From Azolla caroliniana (taxonomy: Eukaryota; Plantae; Polypodiophyta): 64,000 bases of DNA. The stretch spans positions 8,680,001 through 8,744,000 of the forward strand of contig JBHGNT010000011.1 of the NCBI GenBank assembly GCA_043228905.1, read 5' to 3'. This document shows, piece after piece, positions 12,963-27,000 of this stretch (position 1 is its first letter; the number at the start of each line of letters is the position of its first letter). Below the pieces are notes generated by a model. It was given only the letters and a program-made list of their open reading frames with translations, ran no database searches and was not told the DNA's origin. The position numbers were made by a program, and so were the translations under genes.

Positions 12963-14417
12963 CTTTCTACCCACTCTGCCGCGTCCAACAGGTTCTTTCT
13001 TTTGCATTTAATGAAATCCCCCCCCAACCACAACCCCCACCCCAATTGCAATATGTACATATAATATGGGGGTAGGTAGGTATATATATATATATTTAGA
13101 AAAAGGGGAGGGGGGCACGGACCACGGCCTCACATGCTCTATTGAGAGTAACAAGGTATGTGCATACATACATACATACATACATACATACATACGTATG
13201 AACTAAGCACCATCCAACCCAATCACATGCTCTTTCTGTTAATGTGATTAAAATAGTTGTACAAACTATTAGTTATCAACCCAATTTTTTACCACAATTA
13301 TTACATTACATCTTTGTTATACATATACTACAACACACTTCTCTTAAACTGCATACCACATAGGCATATCAAAGTAACTACCTCATTATCTCTAAAAATT
13401 CCCGCACAACCACATCATTCTAAACATTATTGCAAGTTAATCCCTCCATACCCTCTTTGATAAGGACTAAAGAGTCAAGTTGGGAACCCTTATTCAAATT
13501 CCTCCGTGCATAGTTGAATGAAAACCATTTCTCTTTGCCCATTTACTAAATTATATAACTCTAGGATTGAGCCACATATTTTAGACAAAGAATGGCCAAT
13601 CATGGTTGCTCTATTGTTGCTCAGCATCATGGGCATCTCCACTCTTAAAGATTGAAAAGGGAATAATGAACTACATAAAATCCTTGCACACTTTTTACTC
13701 CACATCAGTGTTCTCAAACCTATTAATAAACACAGCCAACATGTTTTTCATTTAAATTTGCATGTTTTGCAATACAAAATTTGTTGATTACAAAACTGAT
13801 AAAGTATGGGAAGTGGAACAAAATTTGACTTTACATCCAGCTAAGACATTAAATGCACAGAAGGTGAACACACAATTTAAGCATCAATTAATTTCTATAT
13901 AGGAAGTCTTCCGTGTTGGGTTGTTTCCCCAACATTGAGCAAGAATGTTTAACATGCCATATAGAAGAATGTCCAAAAAGAAACCCCAACAGTAACCATC
14001 AGCAAAGAAAGAAGTGTTCTGGATTATCCAGATGCATTATGTTGCAATTCTGGAAGACAAAATATAAGATTCATACAGAAATAGTTGAAGCCTAGTTCTG
14101 GACACTGATTATCATTATTTCAGAGTTTTCTTAGCAATGCCATGATGGAGATCTGTGTATCAAGCACATTATTTATTCTGTCTTTAATAAGTGAGCACAC
14201 GTACAAATTGTTGCTTAAAAAGTTAATAAAACAAATCCTGATGCCATGCCATCTCCGCTAAAGCTTTACAAGTTTCAACCAAAGCAATCTCGAAATGTGT
14301 TTCCCTCTTCAACACCAGGCAGTACATCCATACGATTCATCACTTAAACCTTCTCAATATACACATAGCCAATTTCAGCTTATAGAGTATGGCACACAGT
14401 ACAAATCAAATCAATTT

Positions 14418-14496
14418 TCAATTAGCTCAGACAGTTGTAGCTTAGTAAGGTTCTAAGATAGCCATATCAACTAGCTCAGACAGTTGTAGCTTAGTA
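14418..14496. repeat. 30-bp direct repeat pair downstream of the GTF3C1 stop
   Basis: TCAA(T/C)TAGCTCAGACAGTTGTAGCTTAGTA at 14418-14447 and 14467-14496. Confidence 0.8.
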
Positions 14497-14886
14497 TGTA
14501 CGAAGCCCAGAAAATTGTTCCCGACTCATGGGTAACATCTTCACCTTTCATAAAATTGTCTCAAGCAGACGTACTTACTGTCCATGATACATCAAATAAA
14601 CAAAGTTCCTTAAATACTAAATTACAATGAACCAAAGCTAAACTTTTCTCCTTGCCTGGAAGATCAGGGGGTGTGTTAGATAGGGTTTGGTTCAGCATGC
14701 CTTCTAGATAGATAGATAGCAAGAGAGAGAGAGAGAACACATCTGATTTTGAGCAAGCTTCATACAAGGCTCCTTAATATACAGAAATTTGTATAGTCAC
14801 AAATGGAGATCATGCTTCAGCAAGAAGGCTCATACATGATAAAGACATTGTATCTGCCTTAACAGGTTCCAAACAAACCTCGTATG

Positions 14887-15072
14887 TTATAATAATGAGC
14901 TACTTGCTGGGTTAGCAAAATAATGTTTCGTATGGACAAGCTTTCTTTTGTTAGCCTTCTCAAGAAGTATCCCCAGAATAAGGAATGGAGGTTCCACAGA
15001 ATCACCCTGTATTCTCGTTCGAACAAATAAATGGCCATCTAGTATCAGTAACTGAAGTAGTTTTTGACAGCT
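14887..15072 (-). CDS. GTF3C1: GTF3C1-like exon 17 (stop codon)
   Basis: CAG acceptor, SCQKLLQLLILDGHL...KHYFANPASSSLL-TAA. Confidence 0.88.
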   Translation of the reverse strand, partial: SCQKLLQLLILDGHLFVRTRIQGDSVEPPFLILGILLEKANKRKLVHTKHYFANPASSSLL

Positions 15073-18000
15073 CTGGCAGGAGAAAGAGAACACCAAGAAA
15101 ACTTTATCAGATTTCAATATATTTATAAAAACTAAGCATGCCAATAATTTAAAGTGAACGTAGCTGTTGAGAGGCACAATTAATCAAGTTAATAACTTGC
15201 GAGTAACTTAATCATTCAATGCATGAATAGACTGGTCTGTAGGGAAAGGGAAAGGGAGGTTTAGTAAATGCCTCATATTGCTTATATATTCTCAGATCTT
15301 GATTTTGAGATGCTTATAAGAATCATGTTAAACAAAGAAAGAACAAAAAAGCTTAGTTACATTCTACGTTCTCGTGAAGTATTCACTTCACAAATAGCAA
15401 TTCTAACGAAAAGAAGAAATGTTTGATTTTGAAATTGGTTTAGCTCTGTAGGTGCAAAGATTCCAACACACTCAGCACGACATGAAAACATCAGCAAAGA
15501 GAGAATTTGGGAGCAGCTAGTAAGTTAATGCCAGTTCAACAGAAAAACGGCGGAAGGATCATTCAACGCTGACATGATGGGGTGAATGATGCAGGAGCAG
15601 AGGGCTGCTAACCAATTGGAAAACAAGTTAACTCTTGTTGTCCTGTGGTATTCCAGAAGGCCAGACACAAACGGTGATGATATCACTAAGTTTCTGTAAA
15701 CCTATGAATACGGAGAGCACGGGGGCACATTATGACTCAGTGATAACACTAGAGGTGAAGGCCAAGGTATCAAAGCTGCAAGAAACATTCGGGCTTGCTG
15801 AAGTGAATTTCTCACATAATTGCTAAGAGAGTTCAAGGAAAGATTTAATAAGATCTCAGCAAGAGATCAGAAGTCGCTTCAATCTGAGAAGGTAAAGTTC
15901 TCTGTCCAAGCGTCAGACATATCTGTCCGAAGGAAAGTCACAATTTTTCTTGAAGATCAAACAAGTGTCACTGGACTAGTATCTGACTGGGGCCAAATTC
16001 CGGAAGCATGTAGATTGCTCTGAACAAGGGCGACTAAAATAAAGGAGGTTAAAGACTCCAAGAGCAATGAGGCGGTTCTAAAAGATTGGGTGTCAGATGT
16101 GTAAAGAATCTAACTCTAGTAGAGTTGAGTATTCAGAAGCGTAGTGTGTTTGTGTGAGAGTGGGTGAATAAGCAAGAGAAGAAATCAGAGAGAATAACCA
16201 GAAAATAATAAGAAAATACACAGTAGGGGGATGACAGCTTATGCACTGAAGAGAGCTATATTAATTAACTAGAGATTATCAACTAAACTAAATGGCCAAA
16301 GGGGGTTTTATATACAAGTCCTCAAAGGACTGCCCTATTAAATGTGTTGGTGGAATCTAACCAAGATATCCACTTGAGTACGATTTTGTCATAAGAATAT
16401 CTAATATTCTTTTACCACACTAACACTCGACAACTACATGGATTACAATAAAGTGTACTCTCACACACTCGACAACTACACGGATTACAATAAAGTGTGC
16501 TCACACACTTTTTCACACATCGTCCTTTTCTTCATAAGCACATGTTCACACAAGTTGAGCTTGATTCTCAACACGCCCCCTCAAGGTCAATTGTGTGTCC
16601 TCTTAAGCTTGGTTGTCTTAGTGTAGTTGAAGACCCAACTGCAGTTGGTCAGACTACTAGACCGTGGTTTTTCCATTGTTCCAATGTACTCGATCTTGAT
16701 CTACCAATGTCGATCTTGCCAATCCAAAATTTCGAGCTTCAAAAATTCCAGGCTTTGGAAAGTCTTCCTCTAACTTGCCGGGTCAAGTCAGATTAGATAT
16801 GTTGGCCTTACTCTGTCGATGCCAGTCTCACTCTTCCTCTTGTATTGTGCTGATTCTCCATGTTTTCCTTCGTCTTTTGTACTTTTACTCTCCCCCAAGC
16901 TCAACATATCGAGTGGTCTAAGGCCTAGATCCACTGAGAATTGCCGTAGCTTGTCGAGACCTAGCGCCTTAGTGAAAATATCAACCACTTGCATGTTGGT
17001 GCCAACGTATTAGAGGTCAATGTCGTTGGCCAATATACGCTCACAGATGTAATGATAGTGCACCTCTATGTGCTTAGTCCGGGCGTGAAACACCGGATTC
17101 TTTGCAAGCTGGATGTTGCTGAGATTATCGCAGTGGATCAATATTGGCTTGTTCACCAATTCGTTGAGGTCTTTCAGCAGTCTTTTAAGCCATACAGCTT
17201 CGCAAGCAGCTACAACTGCAGCCCTATACTCCGCCTCGGTGCTCGATAGAGCGACTGTTGGTTGTTTCTTGCTGCTCCAAGAGACTGCTCCACTACCGAG
17301 TGAAAACATAAATCCCGAAGTGGATCGCCTATCAGATGCATTGCCTGCCCAATCAGCATCCGTGAAGCCTTCGAGTCGAAGTGGTGCTCCACACTTATAG
17401 AAGATACCATAATTAAGTGTTCCACTAATATAACGTAACACTCGCTTAGCACAATCCATGTGAGTGTGGCGGGGGGTTTCCATGAACTGGCTAAGAACCC
17501 CGACCGGATACCTGAGGTCTGGTTGGGTAATAGTTAGGTAGATAAGACTCCCAATTATTTGGCGATACTGTGTGGGCTCGCAGAATTTTCCAGAATCTGT
17601 AGTTAGCTTCATATTTCGATCAAGGGGTATCGAGATGGACTTACACTCGGTCATTCCGAACTTGTAGAGCAAGTTCAACACATAGTGTCGTTGTGAGAGT
17701 AGGAACCCTTCTAGAGTTTGAATGACCTCGATGCCGAGAAAATAATGTAAGTCATTCAGATCCTTCATCTCGAACTTTTGTAAAAGCAGCTTTTTAATCT
17801 TTTGTATCTCAGTGAGGCTTTCTCCACTGATGACAAGGTCATCGACATACAAGATTAAGATGGGGTTTTTCGGATTGTTCTGAACATACAACGAGTTATC
17901 AGATTTTGACATCCGGAAGCCAATGTCATGAAGATATGATGTGATCTTTGAATGCCATGCTCTTGGGGCTTGCTTCAATCCATAGAGCAGCTTCTTCAAT

Positions 18001-21000
18001 CAGCAAATTGCATGTGGATGTTTGTTTGATTCGAAGCCAGGTGGTTGCATCATGTAAACTTCCTCCTCGAGCTCACCTTGGAGGAATGCGTTCTTCACAT
18101 CCATTTGATGCAAGTGCCATCCTTTCGCTGCTGCGAGAGCAATTACTGTCCTCATAGTGGTCATTTTTGCCACTGGGGCAAATGTCTCCTCATAGTCTAT
18201 GCCATGGGTTTGAGCATACCCTTTGGCGACTAGCCGAGCCTTGAACCGATTGACCTTGCCATCCGTATTATGCTTTATCTTGAACACCCAGCGGCAACCA
18301 ATTGGCTTTTTCTTGATTTCAGAGGATGGGACTAAATCCCAAGTATCATTGTCAAACAACGCACGCATCTCCTCCCTCATTGCCTTGATCCACCGGGGAT
18401 CTTGGGCAGCTTCTTTGTAAGTCTCGGGTTCTTGGTCTGCTGCGACCTTCATCATGAATGCATAGTGGTGGGCCATGTACTCATTGTACCCGAACCTAAC
18501 TATCGGGCTCTTTTGTCGGTTCGATTGACGGAGTTTTCCTTAAGTCATTTCAGGGGCCTTCTTCATTTCATACTTGCTGTGGACTGATCGGGGTGAATGA
18601 TCTGAGTCTTCACTGGATGTCATGTCCTTGGCCTCTTGCTCAGGCATCTTGCCCTTTTTATTCTTTCTACGGGTGTAGCACAAAGGTGACAGCACATCAG
18701 AGGTTTCTTCATGCTGTGCAAGACTCTGATTGCTGGATGACACCTCAGGTTCAGTCAGCTGGAGTGTGGGCAGACTCTCTGCTGGTTCTCCACCCATAAT
18801 GGTCATTAGCATCTCTTCTTCTTCACTCTGAGAATCTGCTCCAGATCTGCTTGTTTCGAGCACGGTGGGGGTCACTGATGTTGGGCCATACCATGATGTC
18901 ACCTCATCAAATACCACATCTCAGCTTACTCGTGACTGTCGAGTGATGGGGTTAAAACACTTGTAACCCTTTTGCTCAAGTGAGTAACCAACGAGGATCA
19001 TCTTCTCCGATTTTGGGTCAAGCTTTCTCCGCTTCTCATCGGGGACATGCACAAATGCAATGCTGCCAAAAACCTTCAAGTGCGAAAGGTCTGGCTTTGT
19101 CCCAAAATACTTCTCGTGAGGGGTGATGTCATGGACACCCTCGGTTCTGCACCTATTGATGAGATACACAGCCGTAACTGCTGCCTCTGCCAAATAGATC
19201 TTGGGCATCTTCTTCTCATGCAGCATGGCGCGGGCCATCTCAAGAATTGTACGATTCATCCACTCGGCAACACCGTTTTGCTGTGGTGTGTACGGGCAAG
19301 AGAATTCCCAGCGAATCCCCTTCTCTTCTAGAAAGGCCTTGAACTTGGTTGAGAAGTATTCTTGGCCACCATCAGACCGTAAGCATCGAATCTTGCAATT
19401 CGTCTCATTTTCCACGCAATTCTTTAACTTGAGAAAGTGGGAGAAGACCTCACTTTTCGACTTCATTGGGCATATCCAGGTATGCCGCGAATAGTCGTCA
19501 ATTAAGGTAACGAAGTACCTACACCCACCGATTGTCGTTGTATGAGCTGGGCCCCATACATCTTAGTGGATGACGTCCAGCAAGCCTTTACTCACATTTC
19601 TTTCGCTTACGAATGGATGCCTATGTTGCTTGCCTAGTTGGCACGCCTCACATACATTATTAGGATGTTTCGAAGTAAATTTTGGCAATCCGTGCACAGC
19701 CCCTTTTGTTTGCATTGATCGGAGTTTACCGAATTAAACTGTTGTGGACCTCGTCCACCTCTTCCTCGGCCATTCCTCCCCCGATTTCCACGACCACGAC
19801 CGTGACCTCGACCGAGATCATCATGTGTATATAGCATCTGCCCATCAGATGCCGTGCTTTTCGACCGTGTATGGTTCTCCTCAACCACTAGCATGGATTG
19901 CAAGTCGAAAAAGCTTGGGGGGTTCTCCCTTGTTGTTATGGCAGTTCGAAATGAGCCATATGTTTGTGCGAGGCTGCCAAGCCAAATATGCACCATCTCG
20001 TCGTCATCAACTGTGACATTGATGGAGCCAAGTGAATTGCATAAGTCTTTGATTGGGAGGATGTAGTCCGTCACGGACATATCCCCCTGCCGAATATTGT
20101 TCAACTCCTGCTGGAGTTGAAGTTTTCTCACTGTGGTTGAAGCCGCGAAAATCTTCTTCAAGGTTTTCCACGCTTTTGTTCGGGATTTCCCATCACGAAT
20201 ATAGTTTAACATGTGATCTTGCACACACATTGCCAAACAATACTTCACCCTACCGGCGCCTTGTTGCCATGTGGGGTAGTTGGGATTTGTACTATCGGGG
20301 GCTGTTTCTTCAGCTCCCTCGATATAACTCCAATACCCTTGCCCAACTAGGTATGGATGCATCTTATATTCCCAAGATGCATAGTTGTGCCTGTCCAACT
20401 TCTCTGCTGGAAGTGCGCTACCCATCTGTGCATTCATTTTTCTGATTTAGCTTGATTCGTATGATCCTGTTAACGTGAGCCTCTTGCTGTGCAAAACTGC
20501 AGCAATGATAGCAAGTTTTAAAACAGCGTCCCTAGCTGCTCAGACAGTTTCAATGGTAGAGCTCAGTGAAGGATCTCTAACCCTCACGCTCTAATACCAT
20601 GTAAAGAATCTAACTCTAGTAGAGTTGAGTATTCAGAAGCGTAGTGTGTTTGTGTGAGAGTGGGTGAATAAGCAAGAGAAGAAATCAGAGAGAATAACCA
20701 GAAAATAATAAGAAAATACACAATAGGGGGATGACAGCTTATGCACTGAAGAGAGCTATATTAATTAACTAGAGATTATCAACTAAACTAAATGGCCAAA
20801 GGGGGTTTTATATACAAGTCCTCAAGGGACTGCCCTATTAAATGTGTTGGTGGAATCTAACCAAGATATCCACTTGAGTACGATTTTGTCATAAAAATAT
20901 CTAATATTCTTCGACCACACTAACACTCGACAACTACATGGATTACAATAAAGTGTACTCTCACACACTCGACAACTACACGGATTACAATAAAGTGTGC

Positions 21001-24000
21001 TCACACACTTTTTCACACATCGTCCTTTTCTTCATAAGCACATGTTCACACAAGTTGAGCTTGATTCTCAACAAGATGCAACTACCCGAGCAAGAGGAGG
21101 CTGATGCCATACAAGATGATTTGATCAAATGTATAAAGGATTTAAAAATTGAGAGTGCTGAGAACACAAAAAGACAATTTTACAGAAAGGCATAGTGAAA
21201 CTTTTATGCGTTAGTGTAGATGTCTACCAAAGGTCCACCAACACCAAAATCAAACTCAACCCACTCAGCCAAAAAAACAGTTTTCCATGGCATTCAAGAA
21301 CATTCTTCACATTTAGTTGGACCAACTACCTCAACCATTGATGAGTGGCTAGTAAACAGCAGTGCTACTGTACACAGTTCTTATGAAAAATTTATTTGGA
21401 ATGATACCAAACCCAGCTCCTCCCAAATCTCCATAGGAGGTGCCTCAAGCCATGAGGCTTCACATGTGGGTGATGTGTTTATTAACACTTTTTCTAATTA
21501 CGAACCTGCTATTTTTCAAGATGTGCTACATGTGCCTCACATCTGTCATTTTACTTTTGGTCTGCTTTAATAATTCTGTTTTGGAAATCATTGACACGAA
21601 CAGCCCACAAAATGTAGGTGGTGGCACAAGAAGGGGGTTTACACAGCCTCAAACATTCCCAGTCCCTTGGAAAAATCCAAATCTCATCTTCTACAATTAC
21701 TTAAAGACTGATACCTTGGTGGCACAAGAAGATATCATGTCGTCGCATGCTTTGTTTGGTCATCCAGATTCTCAGCTACGACTCTCCTCAAAATCTGTCC
21801 TCTTCACAGCTAGTTGAGGGTCTTCCTCATTTCAGAACTCCCAATACCCTATGTGTTTGTTGTCTTCATGGCAAGTAACATCAAGAGCCTTTCCCAAATC
21901 AAGCCACTCACTATGCAATATCTTTCTTGGAGTTAGTGCAAATTGTTTTTTTGTAGTCCAACAAAGAACACAACTCTTGGTGGTGCATGCATGTTGTTTC
22001 ATAATTATCATTGATGACTTCTGACATAAAGTTTGGGTTTACTTGCTTGTAAAAAAATCCCAAGCCTTCCCAAAATTTCAAGTATGGGTAGCTTTTGTCG
22101 AGATCAAGAAATCAAAGAAAGTCCAAAAGATCAGGTTCAACAATTGTGGAGAGTTTGTCTCACAAACTTTCCACAATTTTTGCTCTCAACAAGCCATTTC
22201 TAACCAATTTTCTAAACCCACTATCAATTTTAGGTTTCCATGCATATGAAGATAAGTCAAACTAACCGTTGGATTAAGCACATCCACTTGCTCAATGATC
22301 GAATCCTGGAAAGCAGCAATGTGGCATTAGCATGTTTAAAATTTTACACAGTGAGAATGTATTGGATTTAATGAAAAAGTGTAAATCTGATTTTCGAACA
22401 CACAATGGTTACAAAGAAAGATATTGAATAAACTTCACATACCTCCAGAATACCAGGGTTGAGCATCACAATTCCCATTATCCTCCTGTTTAAGGCGGCT
22501 CGCATGTTAGCATTTTCTCTTCCGTCTGCTTCAAGCCAAGGATAGATTGGGACCATTTCTGTAGGGTCATCTTCCCCTGGACAATAATGTTGTATTTAAG
22601 ACCTTAACACATACTCCAATAAAAAATTTATTCAAGCAAGAAAAAAATAAAAAACCTGATTTTGGCATATGCAAAAAGTATTTGTCACAGTTCAGTGCAG
22701 ATACAACTCGCACATGATCAAATGCCATGACCTAACAACAAGAAACAATTGGTGATTATAAATTACGATGGCAGCTTTGTCGTACATGAATAAATTCCAT
22801 GCACAATAAATATGTAGAAAATTCATTGAATCTTCACCGTCATGATAGATTGGATTAACTTCCAGTTGGATATTGTGATATAACATATTTTCATATAAGT
22901 CAGTATTTTTATATGGGAGCACAAGTGTTTTTCTGTAGTGTATAGGATTTTGGTTTCCATGTCAAAAACTATCCATGTGGTGTACCAGTATATCTTGGCA
23001 TTTATCCATGTCCCAGCCAACCCATAGTAATCTGCTTGATGTTAGAAATAAAACAAAGTAGGTGATAGAAGGTGAAAAAGAGTTCAAGAGACTCTAGAAA
23101 TCCATTCTATAGAATATTCAGCCCATCATTCTACATGGCACACAAAGGTGTACAAGAAACAATACACTATCATTGACCACACATTTTAGAACCTGGAAAC
23201 ATGTTTGAAATCCCACACATATAGTATGTCCTTATTCGAGTTGATGAAGAGGCTATTTGGTATATGTGAAGTCAGTCTAATAATAAAGAACAATATGAAA
23301 TGATAAAGTATTAATGGAGAAAGAAACTTGAAGGGATATAAACTTAGAGGCGTTTTTCAAAAGTAAAAAAAGCAAGAAAAATGAAAAAGAAAATGAAAAA
23401 AAGATGCAGAAAAAGCAAGGCAGAGAAAAAAGCTCATAACTTCATCTCATATCCAAATTTCAAAAGAAAATATTTGTGGCAAAGAGAGCTTTTTTGTATG
23501 ACAAACTTGGGATTAAAGCAGAAATAGTGGTATAAAGTAACACCTCACATAAACTCAAGGATATGTGTTGAGAATGATTAAAAGTCATAACGGCTAGTTA
23601 GCTCCAACAGCTAGTTAGCCCAACGACCAGATCTTGGCCTTTATAAAGAGGAACCTTCTCCTCATGTAAAAATGAGCGATCTCTGTATTTTCTCCCTCCT
23701 GTTGTGACATACCAAAGTATATTACTGAACAGATGTGCCTTCTCATTTTTTAATTTGGTATCAGAGCATAGATCCGCCCCTCTGCAAAACCTAGATCAGC
23801 CCTCTGCAATGTTGGGGCCTGTCCACTCAAGTGGAGCCCACAATGTTAAGTCGGCTAAACGCCGAATACAACTTAAAACTAATTAGTTACATTTAAATAT
23901 ATATATATATATATGTATGTATGTATGTTTCCTCTTTTTCTTTTTGTATGTTTTTGGGCGTGTGTCTTTTTTGTTTTGTTTTGTTCAGGTGTGAAAACAT

Positions 24001-27000
24001 ATTCGAAAAAGGACGTTGCCCTACAAGGCTGAGGGAAGAGGGGCAGACGCAGAAAAAAAACGGTTACAACAAAAAGAGAGTGCAGAAAAAAGAAAAAAAA
24101 AAACAGAGAATATAGAAGTGTGATACAATCTGATTTTGTGAGTGAAAAACAGAGAGTAAACTGAGAGGGAAGTCTTCGAGAAAGACAGAGAAAAATAGAG
24201 AAAAACGAAGTGCATAAGAAAACATATCTAAGAGGCTGAAAACAGAGATTCGACAAAAAGAGGTGTGTAAGAAGACACAAGAAATCAGAAGTGAACAAGT
24301 GAACAAGTGTGAGAGCTCGAGAACAAGGTGATCGAGAACGAGAACTCGTTGCAAGTGTAAAGACGGAGATCTAGTGAGGTGTTGTTTGGACCACAACAAC
24401 TCTTCCGTTTGCTCGTAACAGGTTTACTTGTTTGTGTTTCTTTTGGGTTTTTCTTTTGGTCGTTTATCTTATTTGGTAGGGTGAACATTGTATCCAAGGC
24501 GGTAGCCTTGAAATATAAGTGCATATCTCTAGAGTAAACTCTTGAGGCTATATACGCCTTGTACACTCAGAAATTAGTGAATTTGTTTTGGAACCTAAGG
24601 TTCCCGTGGTTTTTCCCAATTTTTGGGTTTTCCACGTTAAAATTTGGTGTACTCTCTTTTTGTGTTGTGGTGTTGTTTATTTCGATTCTTGAGTTGGTAT
24701 TACGAATCATCCCGATTCCGCTCCATATCCCTATCAAGTGGTATCAGAGCGAGGTTCATACCCTCCGCAAAGACTTGGAATATGGATGAATCATTAGGGG
24801 GGATGATTAAATTAACGGGATCCAACTACTCCATTTGGAGATCTAAAATGAGAGACATGTTGGTGTGTAAAGACATGTATCTACCCGTACTACATGGTCA
24901 AAGCAAACCTGAAGACATAAATGCATCAACTTGGGATGCAATGCATCTAAAAACAACATCATATATACGTTGTTTCATAGACATGAGTCTATATAACAAT
25001 TTTGTAGATGAAACCAAGGCACACGAACTATGGGGGAAAATAGAAACCATGTTTCAGACTAAAAATGCCTTGAATAGGGTCTCGGTGTTTAGGAAACTTG
25101 TAAGACTTAGATACCAAGATGGCTCTAGTATGGCAGAGCATCTTAACACTTTTCAAGGACTTGTAAGTCAAACAATCTCCCTAGAAATACCTTTAGCACA
25201 TGAGGTGTTGACTCTTTTGTTGTTAGGCTCTCTCCCAGATAGTTGGGAAACCCTTGTCGTGACGCTTGGGACCGCAACACAATATAAGGAGCTAACATTG
25301 GATTCGCTCAAATCGAATCTTTTGCATGAAGAAGCACGACGAAAGGAGCGTGAATCTAATAATGAGGAAGCCTTGCTCATAGAAAAGAATCCTGATAGGG
25401 GAAGACGCCATACTCGGGGTCCACAAGGTCATAGAAATAATGATGAGGGGAGGTCAAAATCTAGAGGTAGGAAAGACTTCAAGAAAGACTTCACGTGTCG
25501 TTATTGTGGTGGTCCAAACCATTATGAGAGAGACTGTTGGAAGAAAAAGAAAGACCAAAAGAAAGGAACCACCGACAATAAGAGCAATGACCCCACTACA
25601 GCCACTTGTGATGGCGACATTGTCATTGCATGTGATGATGCGTGTGTTAGCTTAGCATGCCAACAAACTGATTGGATTATTGACTCGGGAGCCTCGTATC
25701 ACATTACTCCATATCGAGAGATGTTCTCGACATATGTCGGTGGTGACTTTGGTAAAGTCAAGATGGCGAACCACGGCATAACAGAGGTTGTTGGCATGGG
25801 AAATATAATTCTAACCACGGACACGGGTTGCAAACTAGTATTAAATGATGTTAGGCATGTACCGGACATTCGGCTGAATATTATTTCAGCCGGTAAGCTT
25901 GATGATGAGGGTTACACAAATTCCTTCGGTGAAGGAAAATGGAAGCTCATAAAAGGCTCGCTAGTATTAGCAAGATGCCTAAAACAGAATTCTCTCTACG
26001 TAATGCGTGCTATGGTGTCCAATGGGGAGGTGAATGTAGCCGATAAGGAAGTTCCCATTGAATTGTGGCACAAGAGACTTGGGCACATGAGTCAAAAAGG
26101 ACTCGAGGTGCTAGCTAGAAAGAACATCCTACCTGAGATAAGAGGTATGCACTTAGAAACTTGTGTTGATTGCTTGGCCGGCAAACAACACAGAGTTGCC
26201 TTTCAACATCTGCCCCCAAAAAGAAAATCTCAGCCATTGGAATTGGTGCACACGGACTTGTGCTATATGAAAGATAGAACTCTTGGGGGAGCATTGTACT
26301 TTGCCACATTTATCGATGACTTCTCGAGGAAGTTGTGGTGCTTTGCATTAAAGACTAAAGATCAAGTGTTTGAAATCTTTAGGAACTTTCATGTAAGTGT
26401 GGAAAGAGAAACAGGAAGAAAGCTAAAATGTATCTGTGCCGATAACGGCGGTGAATATCAGGGACGATTTGAGGAATATTGTCATGAGCATGGTATTAGA
26501 CTAGAGAGAAGTGTCCCGAAAACACCTCAGCACAATGGCGTGGCTGAGAGGATGAATAGGACAATTTGTGAACGGATAAGATGCATGCTATCCCATTCAA
26601 AATTACCGAAATCTTTTTGGGGTGAAGCAATGAGGACTGCCGTTGACCTCATTAATCTGTCCCCATCAATCCCTTTGGATGGTGATGTACCCGAAAGGGT
26701 TTGGACAGGTAAGGAGGTGTCATACAAACACTTAAGAGTGTTTGGTTGCAAGGCTTATGTCCACATCCCAAAAGATGAAAGATCCAAGCTTGATGACAAA
26801 TGCAAACCATGCATATTTTTGGGATACGGCCATGAGGAATTCGGCTATAGACTTTATGACCCAATAGAGAAAAAGGTCATTAGAAGCAGGGATGTGGTAT
26901 TCCTTGAGGATCAGACCTTACAAGATCCGGAGCCGAATGAAATGCCGAATCTCACCCCTGATTTTTCAGTCACTGAACACCCAATGCCTGCCCCAGACAC

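Noticed and set aside
23879-24566. Short ORFs duplicated at 28860-29547
   Set aside because: They are chance frames in the two LTR copies, with low-complexity F/L/K-rich translations.
24644-24781. N-terminal 46 aa of the listed 1376-aa ORF
   Set aside because: It starts at a non-ATG codon inside the 5' LTR and crosses the PBS; the first ATG after the PBS (24782) gives a typical Gag start.
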